From Clostridiales bacterium (lineage in GTDB: Bacteria; Bacillota; Clostridia; Peptostreptococcales; Anaerovoracaceae): a DNA stretch of 64,000 bases. Position 1 is the stretch's first letter; every line of letters begins with the position of its first letter. The notes beneath the pieces are model-generated. The model saw only the letters and a list, made by a program, of their open reading frames with translations. It did no database searches and was not told the DNA's origin. The stretch is from the NCBI GenBank assembly GCA_022780965.1, contig JALEUQ010000040.1, forward strand, positions 15,929 through 79,928, given 5' to 3'. Positions 8,911 through 18,664 of the stretch are shown in pieces. Made by a program: the position numbers and the translations under genes.

Positions 8911-9831
8911 TTATTTGCCCAGAGTGAGCATTGTGTCGATACATTCCTTGGCCTTGATTCTCACATCTTCATCCAGCTCTATTACCTCGCCGCCTGTACC
9001 CATTACGCACTGATACACCTGAGGCAGTGTGGTAAGCCTCATGTTAGGACATACGCATTCCTTGGATAGCGGATAGAACTTCTTGTCAGGGCACTCGAAC
9101 TGAAGATGCTGCACGATACTGTTCTCAGTACCGATTATGAATTCTTTAGCATCGGAGTTCCTGCAGTAATCCATGATTCCAGTAGTGCTGCCTGCGTAGT
9201 CTGCCATTGCAGTTACTGCCGGCTTGCATTCAGGGTGAACGGCAAGAAGTGCATCAGGATGCAGCGCTCTCGCTTCCTTGACCTGGTCGGTCGTAATTCT
9301 GAAGTGAACTGGACATCCGCCCTGAACGAGCTTGATGTTCTTCTCAGGAACCTGATTGGCCACCCACTCGCCAAGATTGCAGTCAGGCACGAAAAGAATG
9401 TTCTCCGCGTCCATGTTCCTGATAATCTTAACTGCAGATGATGATGTAACACATGCGTCACAAACCGTCTTAAGCTCAGAAGATGTATTAATATAGCATA
9501 CTACTTTATGATCAGGAGCCTTCTCCTTAAGGGCAGATACAAGTTCTGCATCCATCTGGTCTGCCATAGGGCATCCTGCCTGAGGATTGGAGAGAATAAC
9601 CTTCTTGTCCGGCGAAAGAATCTTAACTGTCTCAGCCATGAATCTCACACCGCACATTATCACAGTGCTCGCATCTGATTCTGCCGCCTTGACACTGAGT
9701 CCGTATGAGTCGCCCACATAGTCGGCAACTTCCCATATGTCCTGGCTCTGATACGCATGAACCAGTATGCAAACATCATTTTCCTTCTTCAAACGGATTA
9801 TTTCATCCTGTAATTCTCTGGTAGTCAACAT
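8911..9831 (-). CDS. nadA: Quinolinate synthase
   Basis: NadA-like sequence throughout (ILVHAYQ, CPMA, VHPEC motifs). I chose the ATG at 9831 (MLTTRELQ...) because it has an AGGAGA RBS and the longer ORF to 9936 runs through the mapped promoter. Confidence 0.95.
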   Translation of the reverse strand: MLTTRELQDEIIRLKKENDVCILVHAYQSQDIWEVADYVGDSYGLSVKAAESDASTVIMCGVRFMAETVKILSPDKKVILSNPQAGCPMADQMDAELVSALKEKAPDHKVVCYINTSSELKTVCDACVTSSSAVKIIRNMDAENILFVPDCNLGEWVANQVPEKNIKLVQGGCPVHFRITTDQVKEARALHPDALLAVHPECKPAVTAMADYAGSTTGIMDYCRNSDAKEFIIGTENSIVQHLQFECPDKKFYPLSKECVCPNMRLTTLPQVYQCVMGTGGEVIELDEDVRIKAKECIDTMLTLGK

Positions 9832-9912
9832 TTCATTCTCCTGCATACCCAGACCGCAGAAACTGCAGCCCTTCAAATAACTCTGTCTATTCTCGCGATG
9901 GCGATTACACCC

Positions 9913-9941
9913 ATTATATTGACACTTGGACAGCATGTCAA
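9913..9941 (-). promoter_or_regulatory. Consensus sigma-A promoter of nadA
   Basis: On the - strand: TTGACA (9941-9936), 17-nt spacer, TATAAT (9918-9913). The spacer contains CAAGTGTCAA. Confidence 0.6.
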
Positions 9942-9994
9942 GTTATCTGTAAATAAATATGTCCGACAACTGTCTTGTCACCCCTTGACACTTG
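9919..9994. promoter_or_regulatory. Two copies of the 10-mer TTGACACTTG inside the divergent nad promoters (candidate NiaR operators)
   Basis: TTGACACTTG at 9919-9928 and 9985-9994. Each lies within the 17-nt spacer of a promoter. Local inverted repeats: TTGACA(9919-9924)..TGTCAA(9936-9941) and TGTCA(9976-9980)..TGACA(9986-9990). Confidence 0.4.
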
Positions 9995-10003
9995 TGATAT
10001 ACT
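9975..10003 (+). promoter_or_regulatory. Sigma-A-type promoter of nadB-nadC-niaR
   Basis: TTGTCA (9975-9980), 17-nt spacer, TATACT (9998-10003). Confidence 0.55.
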
Positions 10004-10076
10004 TGTGCCATTACAATCAGAAAGCGGCGTGCATCGCTTTCTACATCGCTATTACATGTTATTTTTTGAGGAAATT

Positions 10077-11363
10077 ATGAAGACAGACATTTTAATTGTA
10101 GGCTGCGGCTGTTCGGGTCTTTACTGCGCCCTTAACCTCAGCAAAAACAAGAATATCACCATCATATCCAAGAGCGACCTTGTCAGCAGCGATTCCTATC
10201 TGGCCCAGGGAGGCATCTGCATGCTCAAGGATGATGAGGACTACAACAAGTACTTCGAGGATACCATGAAAGCCGGTCACTACGAGAATGACAAGAATTC
10301 TGTGAGCATTATGATTAATTCTTCACAGCAGGTGATTTCGGATCTGGTTCACTTCGGAGTCGAGTTCGCGAGGGAAGAGGACGGACTTCTGGCATTCACC
10401 AAGGAGGGCGCCCATTCCGATAACAGAATACTTTACCATGAGGACACTACAGGCAAGGCAATTACCGAGAAGCTTCTTGCTGAAGCACAGTCACGTGATA
10501 ACATAACCATCATCCCTTACACATCCATGCTTGACATAATCAGCAGTGATAACTGCTGCTACGGAGCGGTGGTTCAGAAGGAAGACGGCACTATAGATGA
10601 AATCCGTGCAGACTATACTGTATGGGCAACAGGCGGCATCGGCGGTCTTTACAAGCATTCCACCAACTTCAAGCATCTGACTGGCGACGCCCTTGCCATC
10701 GCCATCAGGCATGGCATCCAGCTTAAGGATATTGACTATGTGCAGATTCATCCTACGACACTATATGTAAAGGGTGAAGGTGAGAGAAGCTTCCTTATTT
10801 CTGAGTCGGTAAGAGGTGAAGGCGCCAAGCTTTATGACAAGAACGGCAATCGCTTCGTTGATGAGCTTCAGCCTAGAGACGTTGTTTCCAAGGCGATTTT
10901 GAACCAGATGGAGAAGGACGGCACTGACTTCGTATGGGAGGACCTGAGGACCATTCCTGAAGATGAGCTTCGTTCCCACTTCCCTGCAATCATCGAACAC
11001 TGCAGAGAAGCTGGATACGATGTTTTCAAGGAATGCATTCCTGTGGTTCCTGCTCAGCACTATTTCATGGGCGGCGTCAAGGTAAACTACGAAAGCCGGA
11101 CTACCATGGAGCATCTGTATGCTGTTGGCGAGACGGCATGCAACGGTGTTCACGGCAGGAACAGACTTGCCAGCAACTCGCTTCTTGAAAGTCTTGTTTT
11201 CGCAGGCAGAGCTGCTGACGAGATGAACATCAAATATCAGAAGCTTGACCAGGACAAGGCACCAAGTCCTGATATGGCAGTTTATGCTGATACAGCCGCA
11301 CTGGCAGAAGAGTACAAAGAACTGGCAATGGCCGAAATCAACAAGGAAAGGAAGGAAGTCTAA
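10077..11363 (+). CDS. nadB: L-aspartate oxidase
   Basis: FAD dinucleotide fold at the N-terminus (DILIVGCGCSGLYCA). NadB/succinate dehydrogenase flavoprotein-like sequence. ATG at 10077 chosen; the upstream extension covers the promoter. Confidence 0.95.
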   Translation: MKTDILIVGCGCSGLYCALNLSKNKNITIISKSDLVSSDSYLAQGGICMLKDDEDYNKYFEDTMKAGHYENDKNSVSIMINSSQQVISDLVHFGVEFAREEDGLLAFTKEGAHSDNRILYHEDTTGKAITEKLLAEAQSRDNITIIPYTSMLDIISSDNCCYGAVVQKEDGTIDEIRADYTVWATGGIGGLYKHSTNFKHLTGDALAIAIRHGIQLKDIDYVQIHPTTLYVKGEGERSFLISESVRGEGAKLYDKNGNRFVDELQPRDVVSKAILNQMEKDGTDFVWEDLRTIPEDELRSHFPAIIEHCREAGYDVFKECIPVVPAQHYFMGGVKVNYESRTTMEHLYAVGETACNGVHGRNRLASNSLLESLVFAGRAADEMNIKYQKLDQDKAPSPDMAVYADTAALAEEYKELAMAEINKERKEV

Positions 11364-12223
11364 TGTTTGATCCTGTAACACTTAAACTTAATATAGATCC
11401 GCTTATCATCAGCGCATTAAGAGAAGATATTACTGACGAGGACGTATCGACAAACTGCGTCATGCCTGAAGCCAAACCTGGAGTAGCCACTCTCATCTGC
11501 AAGCAGGATGGTATCATCTGCGGACTGCAGGTTTTCGAAAGAGTCTTCAAGCTCCTTGACGATAACGCACATGTTGAATTCACCGTATCTGACGGCGAAC
11601 ATGTTACTTCGGGTCAGATTATGGCTCGTGTCCACGGCGATATTCGCGCCATTCTCAGCGGCGAGAGAACTGCACTTAACTATCTGCAGAGAATGAGCGG
11701 CATTGCTACATACACACATGAAGTGGCCGCTTACCTTGAAGGCACATCAACAAAACTTCTGGATACACGCAAGACAACACCAAACAACAGAATTTTTGAA
11801 AAGTATGCAGTTGCCACGGGCGGCGGCAGCAATCACAGAATGAACCTGTCCGACGGCGTAATGCTGAAGGATAATCACATCGGCGCTGCCGGCGGAGTGA
11901 AGGAAGCCGTAGAAATGGCCAAGGCATACGTGTCCTTCGTTCGCAAGATTGAGGTAGAATGCGAAACACTTGAAATGGTAACAGATGCTGTTGAGGCCGG
12001 AGCAGACATAATCATGCTTGACAACATGGACAACGATACCATGAAAGCAGCCATCGAAATTATCGGCGGCAAAGCACTCATCGAGGTTTCCGGCAATGTA
12101 ACCAGAGAAAATATTGCCCGCCTTACTGAACTTGGAGTCGACTACATATCGAGCGGAGCACTGACACATTCCGCACCAATTCTGGATATTTCCCTTAAGA
12201 ATCTGCACGAGGAGGTTATTTAA
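11363..12223 (+). CDS. nadC: Nicotinate-nucleotide diphosphorylase (carboxylating)
   Basis: 286 aa with QPRTase pattern (LDTRKTTP, MLKDNHI, IMLDNM). Start overlaps the nadB stop. Confidence 0.95.
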   Translation: MFDPVTLKLNIDPLIISALREDITDEDVSTNCVMPEAKPGVATLICKQDGIICGLQVFERVFKLLDDNAHVEFTVSDGEHVTSGQIMARVHGDIRAILSGERTALNYLQRMSGIATYTHEVAAYLEGTSTKLLDTRKTTPNNRIFEKYAVATGGGSNHRMNLSDGVMLKDNHIGAAGGVKEAVEMAKAYVSFVRKIEVECETLEMVTDAVEAGADIIMLDNMDNDTMKAAIEIIGGKALIEVSGNVTRENIARLTELGVDYISSGALTHSAPILDISLKNLHEEVI

Positions 12224-12777
12224 TGAAGGGACAGGCTCGCAGAGACAAGATACTTGAAATTCTCAGACACAGCGACAGAGCTGTATCGGGCAGCGCTCTG
12301 GCTGACAAGCTCAACGTAAGCAGGCAGGTCATCGTTCAGGATATGGCTCTGCTTCGTGCCAGCAATCATCAGATTATTTCTACGAACATGGGTTATGTTC
12401 TGGTGGAGGATTCTGAAATCAGCAGAGTCTTCAAAGTCATACACAATGATGATGAAGTCAGAGACGAACTGAACATCATAGTAGACTACGGCGGCACTGT
12501 CAGAGATGTGTTCATTTTTCATAGAGCCTACGGCACTGTCAGAGCAGACATGGATATCCGTTCCAGAGCAGATGTAATCCGGTTCTGTGAAGATATCGAG
12601 CACAGCAGTTCCAGACTGCTTCTCAATGTTACAAACGGATATCACTACCATACTGTTATAGCTGACAGTGAGGACACTCTGGATCTTATCCAGAGCAAAC
12701 TGCAGGAAGCAGGATTCCTGGCAACCCTCAAAGACTATGAGCCTGTAAACTTCTGGCAGGATGCGGACAGCGAATAA
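12223..12777 (+). CDS. niaR: Niacin-responsive transcriptional repressor NiaR (YrxA family, HTH + 3H domain)
   Basis: 184 aa. N-terminal HTH (RRDKILEIL...SGSALADKLNVSRQVIVQDMALL). Position directly after nadC, with start overlapping the nadC stop. Confidence 0.88.
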   Translation: MKGQARRDKILEILRHSDRAVSGSALADKLNVSRQVIVQDMALLRASNHQIISTNMGYVLVEDSEISRVFKVIHNDDEVRDELNIIVDYGGTVRDVFIFHRAYGTVRADMDIRSRADVIRFCEDIEHSSSRLLLNVTNGYHYHTVIADSEDTLDLIQSKLQEAGFLATLKDYEPVNFWQDADSE

Positions 12778-12819
12778 CACATCCCTTCAAACATGACCGA
12801 TTTTCACAAATACAATAAA

Positions 12820-12866
12820 ACAGCAGCCGGTTTGTCCAGTGACAGATTCCGGCTGCTTTATTACTT
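12820..12866. terminator. Terminator between niaR and iorB (convergent)
   Basis: 9-bp stem AGCAGCCGG (12822-12830) / CCGGCTGCT (12849-12857) with long 18-nt loop. A-run before and TTATTACTTAATTTT after. Confidence 0.55.
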
Positions 12867-12894
12867 AATTTTGCTATTTCGCTGGTGCAGTTCT

Positions 12895-13467
12895 CTATGC
12901 TTCTCTGCCTTCAGCGAATGCCTTCTTGTTCAGTTCAACGAATTTAGGCTTAACGAACTTCTCGATTACTTCAATCCATTCCTCTTCTGAGAACGGCAGT
13001 GCCTTGGATGCTGCTCCCAGGAGCACCACGTTAACTGCCTTGACGCTTCCGCAGTCTGAAGCAATCTTAAGAGCGTCGAATGCCTTCACCTGTCCGGCCT
13101 CTCTGCTGAGTGTCCCCATGATATCTGCAGGGTATTCTGCAGCTCCTATGACTACAGGCATCGGCATAATCTGCTGTGTGTTCATGTAAATGGTGCCGCC
13201 TTCCTTAAGATACGGCAGCCATCTGTATGCTTCAAGTTCCTCGAAAGCCAGAATAACGTCTGCATCACCTTTTTCAATTAAAGGCGAATTTACTGTATCA
13301 TCGCTGATCTTAACATGGGTTACTACACTTCCGCCTCTCTGAGACATGCCGTGAACCTCGCTCAGCTTAACGTCATATCCTTTCCTGAGGGCAAGATTGC
13401 CAAGGAGCACGCTCGCAAGGAGTGTTCCCTGACCGCCGACTCCGACGATGAGAATATTAGTATTCAT
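12895..13467 (-). CDS. iorB: Indolepyruvate:ferredoxin oxidoreductase, beta subunit
   Basis: 190 aa. N-terminal NILIVGVGGQGTLLAS motif. Start overlaps the iorA stop. Confidence 0.9.
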   Translation of the reverse strand: MNTNILIVGVGGQGTLLASVLLGNLALRKGYDVKLSEVHGMSQRGGSVVTHVKISDDTVNSPLIEKGDADVILAFEELEAYRWLPYLKEGGTIYMNTQQIMPMPVVIGAAEYPADIMGTLSREAGQVKAFDALKIASDCGSVKAVNVVLLGAASKALPFSEEEWIEVIEKFVKPKFVELNKKAFAEGREA

Positions 13468-15200
13468 TATTTACCCTCCTTTGCAACTACCTTGATTGAA
13501 TCGAATTTGCATACCTTGGTGCAAAGACCGCAGCCTACGCATGACTCAGGCAGAATGTACGGTTTGCCGTCTTTCTCTTCGATGGCAGGACATCCTATCT
13601 TCATACACTGTTTGCACTTCCTGCAGTCATCTGTAATGATATGAGGCACCATCGGCTGCTTCTCGATGAGGGCGCATGCACGCTTTGTGATTACTACAGA
13701 CAGCTCATCTCTCGCTGTTTCTTCGCGGAGCACCTTCTCCAGATCCTCAAGTTCGAACGGATCGATTTCAACAACATTCTTGACGCCAAGAGCTCTGCAC
13801 ACTTCACCCAGATCAACTGCGGGAGCATCTTCCAGCTTGGCGTTCTTGCCTGATGCAGGATTCTGCTGATGCCCCGTCATTCCTGTAATTCTGTTGTCCA
13901 GTATGATTACAGTTCCTGTTGAACCGTTATATGCCATGTTGAGCAGTCCTGTCATTCCTGAATGGAGGAATGTCGAATCACCCAGCACTGCTACAGTGTT
14001 GTCCGATGATCCCGTTGCTTTCTCGAAACCGTGTGCCATGCCAATTGATGCTCCCATGCAGAGACATGAGTCCATGGCCTCTGTAGGAGGCAGTGCTGCC
14101 AGTGTATAGCATCCGATATCGCCCATAACGTTCAGCTTCAGCTTGCTGAGAATATGGAAAAGGCCTCTGTGCGGACAACCTGCACAAAGGAGCGGAGGTC
14201 TGCCCGGAGCATCTGTGATTTCCACGTTCGGTGCCACCTCTCTGCCGAACGCTTTCTTTATCATGTTAACGCTGTATTCACCCTGGATGGTGAACATGTC
14301 CTTGCCGCCTGCGAACTGAATGCCGTCAGCCCTCAGCTGCTCCTCGAAGAAAGGATCGCCTTCTTCTATTATATAGAGCTTGTCCACCTTGGCGGCAAAG
14401 TCGTGAATCATTGCCTTAGGAAGTGGATTAATAAGTCCAAGTTTCAGAACACTTGCTTCCGGAAGTGCATCCTTGACATACTGATAGCAGATGCCGCTTG
14501 TGATTATACCGATGGAAGGATCGTTCATCTCCACTGTATTAATCGGCATTGCAGGACCGTCCGCTTCAATCTGTGCCAGTCTCTTCTCCTGAGCCACATG
14601 CAGCTTGATGGCCATTGCAGGCATCGCCACACGCTTCTGGAAATCCTTAACGTACGGAATAATCGGCTGCTCTACTCTTTCATCAACTGTCACTATTCCT
14701 CTTGAGTGAGATACTCTGGTATTTGATCTTACCAGCACTACTGTATCGTACTTCTCGCTCATCTCATAGGCGAACTTCATGAAGTCCTTGCACTCCTGCG
14801 CATTGGCCGGCTCCAGAACCGGTACTCCTGCGCTTCTGCCGTGATATCTTGAGTCCTGCTCGTTCTGACTTGAATGGCATCCGTTGTCATCTGCAACAAG
14901 AATAACGCATCCGCCTGAGACTCCTGTGTATGCTGCTGTATAAAAAGGGTCTGCGGCAACATTCAGTCCCACGTGCTTCATGCATGAGAGCGAACGTGCT
15001 CCGCCAACCGATGCACCGATTGCCACCTCAACGCCAACCTTCTCGTTAGGCGCCCACTCTACGTGGACTTCATCTGCTTTGGCGAGGGCTTCTGTCACCT
15101 CAGTGCTTGGTGTTCCCGGATATGATGAAACAACCTTGACGCCGGCTTCATACGCACCGCGTGCGAATGCTTCATTACCCAGCATTATCATTTTGTCCAT
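13467..15200 (-). CDS. iorA: Indolepyruvate:ferredoxin oxidoreductase, alpha subunit
   Basis: 577 aa. TPP-enzyme N-terminus (GNEAFARGAYEAGV...SSYPGTPS). C-terminal 2x[4Fe-4S] motifs (CRKCKQCMKIGCP, CVGCGLCTKVCKF). Confidence 0.93.
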   Translation of the reverse strand: MDKMIMLGNEAFARGAYEAGVKVVSSYPGTPSTEVTEALAKADEVHVEWAPNEKVGVEVAIGASVGGARSLSCMKHVGLNVAADPFYTAAYTGVSGGCVILVADDNGCHSSQNEQDSRYHGRSAGVPVLEPANAQECKDFMKFAYEMSEKYDTVVLVRSNTRVSHSRGIVTVDERVEQPIIPYVKDFQKRVAMPAMAIKLHVAQEKRLAQIEADGPAMPINTVEMNDPSIGIITSGICYQYVKDALPEASVLKLGLINPLPKAMIHDFAAKVDKLYIIEEGDPFFEEQLRADGIQFAGGKDMFTIQGEYSVNMIKKAFGREVAPNVEITDAPGRPPLLCAGCPHRGLFHILSKLKLNVMGDIGCYTLAALPPTEAMDSCLCMGASIGMAHGFEKATGSSDNTVAVLGDSTFLHSGMTGLLNMAYNGSTGTVIILDNRITGMTGHQQNPASGKNAKLEDAPAVDLGEVCRALGVKNVVEIDPFELEDLEKVLREETARDELSVVITKRACALIEKQPMVPHIITDDCRKCKQCMKIGCPAIEEKDGKPYILPESCVGCGLCTKVCKFDSIKVVAKEGK

Positions 15201-15256
15201 TGTTAAACTACCTTTCTCAAATTTTTATAAGTACCCATAAACTATACCACAAAACC

Positions 15257-15285
15257 TTGTGGTTTGACACACAAACCTTTATAAT
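15257..15285 (+). promoter_or_regulatory. Putative paaK promoter
   Basis: TTGTGG (15257-15262), 17-nt spacer, TATAAT (15280-15285). It overlaps two adjacent palindromes (see findings). Confidence 0.35.
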
Positions 15286-15343
15286 TAAAGGGAATCGGCG
15301 CTCCTACGAATGTCGGTATTTTTAAAAAACAGGAGAAAATAAA

Positions 15344-16648
15344 ATGGGAAAGTATTTTCAGCCAGAAATTGAAACCATGCCGATCCCTGAACTCAGGAAG
15401 CTTCAGAGTGAGAAACTGGTAAAGCACGTTAAGTATGTCTATGAGAACTGCGCACCTTACCGCGCTAAGATGGACGAAGCCGGAATTACTCCGGACGACA
15501 TCAAGGGCTACGACGATTTACCTAAACTTCCGTTCATCACCAAGGATGACCTTAAGGATGCCTATCCATACGGATATGTGTCTGTTCCAATGGAAGAATG
15601 TGTTCGTATCCAGTCAACCAGCGGTACTACAGGCAAGAGAGTTGTGGCATTCTATACTCAGGACGACATAGATATCTGGGAAACATGCTGTGCCAGAGCC
15701 ATCGTTGCTGCAGGCGGCTCAAAAGAGGATGTAGTTCACGTTTGCTACGGCTACGGACTCTTCACAGGCGGTCCCGGACTCAACGGCGGTTCACACAAAG
15801 TAGGTTCACTCACCCTGCCTATGTCATCAGGCAATACTGACAGACAGCTTCAGTTTATGGAAGACCTGGGATCAACCATCATCTGCTGCACACCGTCATA
15901 CGCAGCCAATCTGGGTGAAACAATAGTTAAGAGAGGTCTCAAGGACAAGCTTAAGCTGAAGGCAGGTATCTTCGGTGCAGAACCTTGGACTGAGGAAATG
16001 AGAAAAGACATCGAGAGGACCCTCGGCATCAAGGCATACGATATTTACGGTCTGACAGAAACATGCGGTCCTGGCGTATCCTTCGAATGCGAAGACCAGA
16101 GCGGCATGCACATTCAGGAAGACTACTTCATTCCTGAAATCATCAATCCTGACACAGGCGAAGTGCTCCCTGACGGAGAAGTTGGTGAACTGGTATTCAC
16201 ATGCCTGGACAAGAAGGCATTCCCGCTCATCAGATACAGAACCAGAGACCTTTGCTACCTGAAGAGAGAAAAGTGTGCATGCGGACGTACTCACGTAAGA
16301 ATGCACAAGCCTATGGGCAGAGCTGACGACATGATGGTTGTTAAGGGCGTTAACGTATGGCCTTCACAGATTGAAGCAGTTCTTCTGCAGCAAGGCTATC
16401 AGGCAAACTATCAGATCGTAGTTGACAGAATCGGAACCAAGGATACTATCGAGGTTCAGGTTGAGCTTACTCCTGAAATGGCAGAAGCAAACGATATTCC
16501 AAACTACGAGAGAGAAGCTAAGATTGTTGCAGGACTCAAGTCAATGCTTGGCATCAAGGTTGATGTACAGGTTGTTGCTCCAATGACTATTCCAAGAAGT
16601 GAAGGAAAGGCCAAGAGAGTAGTTGACAAGAGAGACCTTTATAAATAA
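15344..16648 (+). CDS. paaK: Phenylacetate-CoA ligase family adenylate-forming enzyme
   Basis: 434 aa with PaaK-type motifs (QSTSGTTGKRVV, YGLTE, length about 430). AGGAGA RBS. Confidence 0.9.
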   Translation: MGKYFQPEIETMPIPELRKLQSEKLVKHVKYVYENCAPYRAKMDEAGITPDDIKGYDDLPKLPFITKDDLKDAYPYGYVSVPMEECVRIQSTSGTTGKRVVAFYTQDDIDIWETCCARAIVAAGGSKEDVVHVCYGYGLFTGGPGLNGGSHKVGSLTLPMSSGNTDRQLQFMEDLGSTIICCTPSYAANLGETIVKRGLKDKLKLKAGIFGAEPWTEEMRKDIERTLGIKAYDIYGLTETCGPGVSFECEDQSGMHIQEDYFIPEIINPDTGEVLPDGEVGELVFTCLDKKAFPLIRYRTRDLCYLKREKCACGRTHVRMHKPMGRADDMMVVKGVNVWPSQIEAVLLQQGYQANYQIVVDRIGTKDTIEVQVELTPEMAEANDIPNYEREAKIVAGLKSMLGIKVDVQVVAPMTIPRSEGKAKRVVDKRDLYK

Positions 16649-16666
16649 AATATAGATGAACGAGGA

Positions 16667-16701
16667 GGGACTACTACTCAGAGTAGTCCCTTTACCTTTT
16701 T
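16667..16701 (+). terminator. Rho-independent terminator of paaK
   Basis: Stem GGGACTACT (16667-16675) / AGTAGTCCC (16682-16690) followed by TTTACCTTTTT. Confidence 0.75.
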
Positions 16702-16713
16702 AGGAGGATTGAC

Positions 16714-17247
16714 ATGAGTACGAAGAAGACAGTTGCGGACTATATCATTGACATCCCTGATTTCCCTGAACCCGGAATCATTTTCAGAGACATTACAGGC
16801 GTGCTCAATGATGCTGAAGGTCTCAGACTGGCTGTAGATGAGATGCAGTCGAGACTTGAAGGCGTTGAATTTGACAAGATTATCGGACTTGAATCCAGGG
16901 GATTTCTGCTGGGAATGCCTATCGCCTATAATCTGGGCAAGCCTTTCGTTCCCGTGCGCAAGGTTGGCAAGCTGCCGCGTACCACTATACGGAAGGCTTA
17001 CGATCTGGAGTACGGCACTGCTGAGATAGAGGTTCATGCCGATGATATCAGACCGGGCGAGAAGGTTGTAATCATCGATGACCTTATTGCTACAGGAGGC
17101 ACTATAAGAGCAGCTGCGGATATTGTTGAATCTCTGGGGGCTGAAGTTGCCTGCATGGTATGTCTTCTCGAATTAAAGGGTCTTAACGGACGTGCTGTCC
17201 TTGAGAAATATGATGTTAAAACAGTTATTCAGTATGAAGGGAAATAG
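16714..17247 (+). CDS. apt: Adenine phosphoribosyltransferase
   Basis: 177 aa. PRPP-binding motif VVIIDDLIATGGT. AGGAGG RBS. Confidence 0.95.
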   Translation: MSTKKTVADYIIDIPDFPEPGIIFRDITGVLNDAEGLRLAVDEMQSRLEGVEFDKIIGLESRGFLLGMPIAYNLGKPFVPVRKVGKLPRTTIRKAYDLEYGTAEIEVHADDIRPGEKVVIIDDLIATGGTIRAAADIVESLGAEVACMVCLLELKGLNGRAVLEKYDVKTVIQYEGK

Positions 17248-17270
17248 TATCCCGAACGAAGAAGGAGAGG

Positions 17271-18641
17271 TTGTTTAAATTGGAAAAGTTTTTTAAACTC
17301 CAGCAAAACCAGACTTCGGTAAAAACCGAAATCGGTGCCGGCGTCACAACGTTCATGACAATGGCCTACATCCTGGCTGTAAACCCAAGCATTCTGGGTG
17401 CTGCAGGCATGGATCCAACAGCAGTTCTCATCGCAACTGCACTCGCTTCATTCATCGGAACATGCTGTATGGCGTTCCTGGCAAATCTGCCGTTCGCACT
17501 TTCAGCGGGTATGGGACTGAACGCATATCTGGCTTACACAGTTGTTCTGGGAATGGGAGTACCTTGGCAGACAGCTCTGCTGGCAGTATTCATCGAAGGT
17601 CTTGTATTCATTCTGCTGACACTTACTAATGTACGTGAAGCAATCTTCAATGCAATTCCGCTCAACATGAAGACTGCAGTATCAGTTGGTATCGGTCTGT
17701 TCATCGCATTCATCGGTCTGCAGAACGCAGGTATCTGCATCGACTCTGCAACACTGGTAGGCATTACCGACTTCACTGCAAACTTCCACACTGCAGGTAT
17801 CTCGGCACTTCTGGCTATTGTTGGTCTGTTTATTATCGCAGTTCTTTATATCAAGAACGTTAGAGGCGCAATCCTTATCGGTATCATCGTTACATGGCTC
17901 ATCGGCATTATCTGTCAGCTGGTTGGACTTTATACTGTTGATGTTGATAACGGATTCTACTCACTGATTCCAAGTGCCATCATCAGCTTTGACTTCTCAG
18001 CTCTGGGCGAAACATTCGGACAGTGCTTCAAGGCAGATCTCAACGGAGTGAGCATTTTTAACTTCATCGTTATCATTTTCTCATTCATGTTCGTTGATAT
18101 CTTCGATACAATCGGAACAATCATCGGCGTAAGCACCAAGGCTAACATGCTCGACAAGGACGGTCATCTCCCTGCTATCAAGCCTGCACTGCTTTCAGAT
18201 GCTATCGCTACTTCAGCCGGTGCTATCCTGGGTACTTCAACAACTACTACATATGTTGAATCAGCTTCAGGTGTATCAGCTGGCGGACGTACAGGTCTCA
18301 CAGCACTTACAACAGGCGTACTGTTCCTGCTTTCAATCCTGTTCGCACCGCTGTTCACAACTATTCCATCATTCGCTACAGCACCTGCTCTGCTCATGGT
18401 TGGATTCCTCATGTTCGAAGGAATCAGCAAGCTCGGCTTCAGCAAGATTGACCCTACAGATGCTATTCCTTGCTATCTGTGCATTCTGGCAATGCCGCTC
18501 TTCTACAGCATTTCAGAAGGTATCTCAATCGGCTGCATCTCATATGTAATAATCAAGCTGGCAACAGGCAAGGCAAAGGATGTTACCCCATTAATGTACA
18601 TCCTGGCTGTACTGTTCGTACTTAAGTACATATTCCTGTAA
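17271..18641 (+). CDS. NCS2/AzgA-family purine (adenine/guanine/hypoxanthine) permease
   Basis: 456 aa polytopic protein with N-terminal TEIGAGVTTFMTMAYILAVNP signature. The start may instead be the TTG at 17280, which is better spaced from the GAAGGAGAGG RBS. Confidence 0.9.
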   Translation: MFKLEKFFKLQQNQTSVKTEIGAGVTTFMTMAYILAVNPSILGAAGMDPTAVLIATALASFIGTCCMAFLANLPFALSAGMGLNAYLAYTVVLGMGVPWQTALLAVFIEGLVFILLTLTNVREAIFNAIPLNMKTAVSVGIGLFIAFIGLQNAGICIDSATLVGITDFTANFHTAGISALLAIVGLFIIAVLYIKNVRGAILIGIIVTWLIGIICQLVGLYTVDVDNGFYSLIPSAIISFDFSALGETFGQCFKADLNGVSIFNFIVIIFSFMFVDIFDTIGTIIGVSTKANMLDKDGHLPAIKPALLSDAIATSAGAILGTSTTTTYVESASGVSAGGRTGLTALTTGVLFLLSILFAPLFTTIPSFATAPALLMVGFLMFEGISKLGFSKIDPTDAIPCYLCILAMPLFYSISEGISIGCISYVIIKLATGKAKDVTPLMYILAVLFVLKYIFL

Positions 18642-18664
18642 AAGGGAAATATCACGAAGATTAG

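Noticed and set aside
9832-10076. Long-ORF extensions of nadA (to 9936) and nadB (from 9975), plus the 60-aa ORF at 9898-10080.
   Set aside because: They run across the two mapped consensus promoters. The internal ATGs have proper RBSs and give the conserved N-termini of NadA and NadB.
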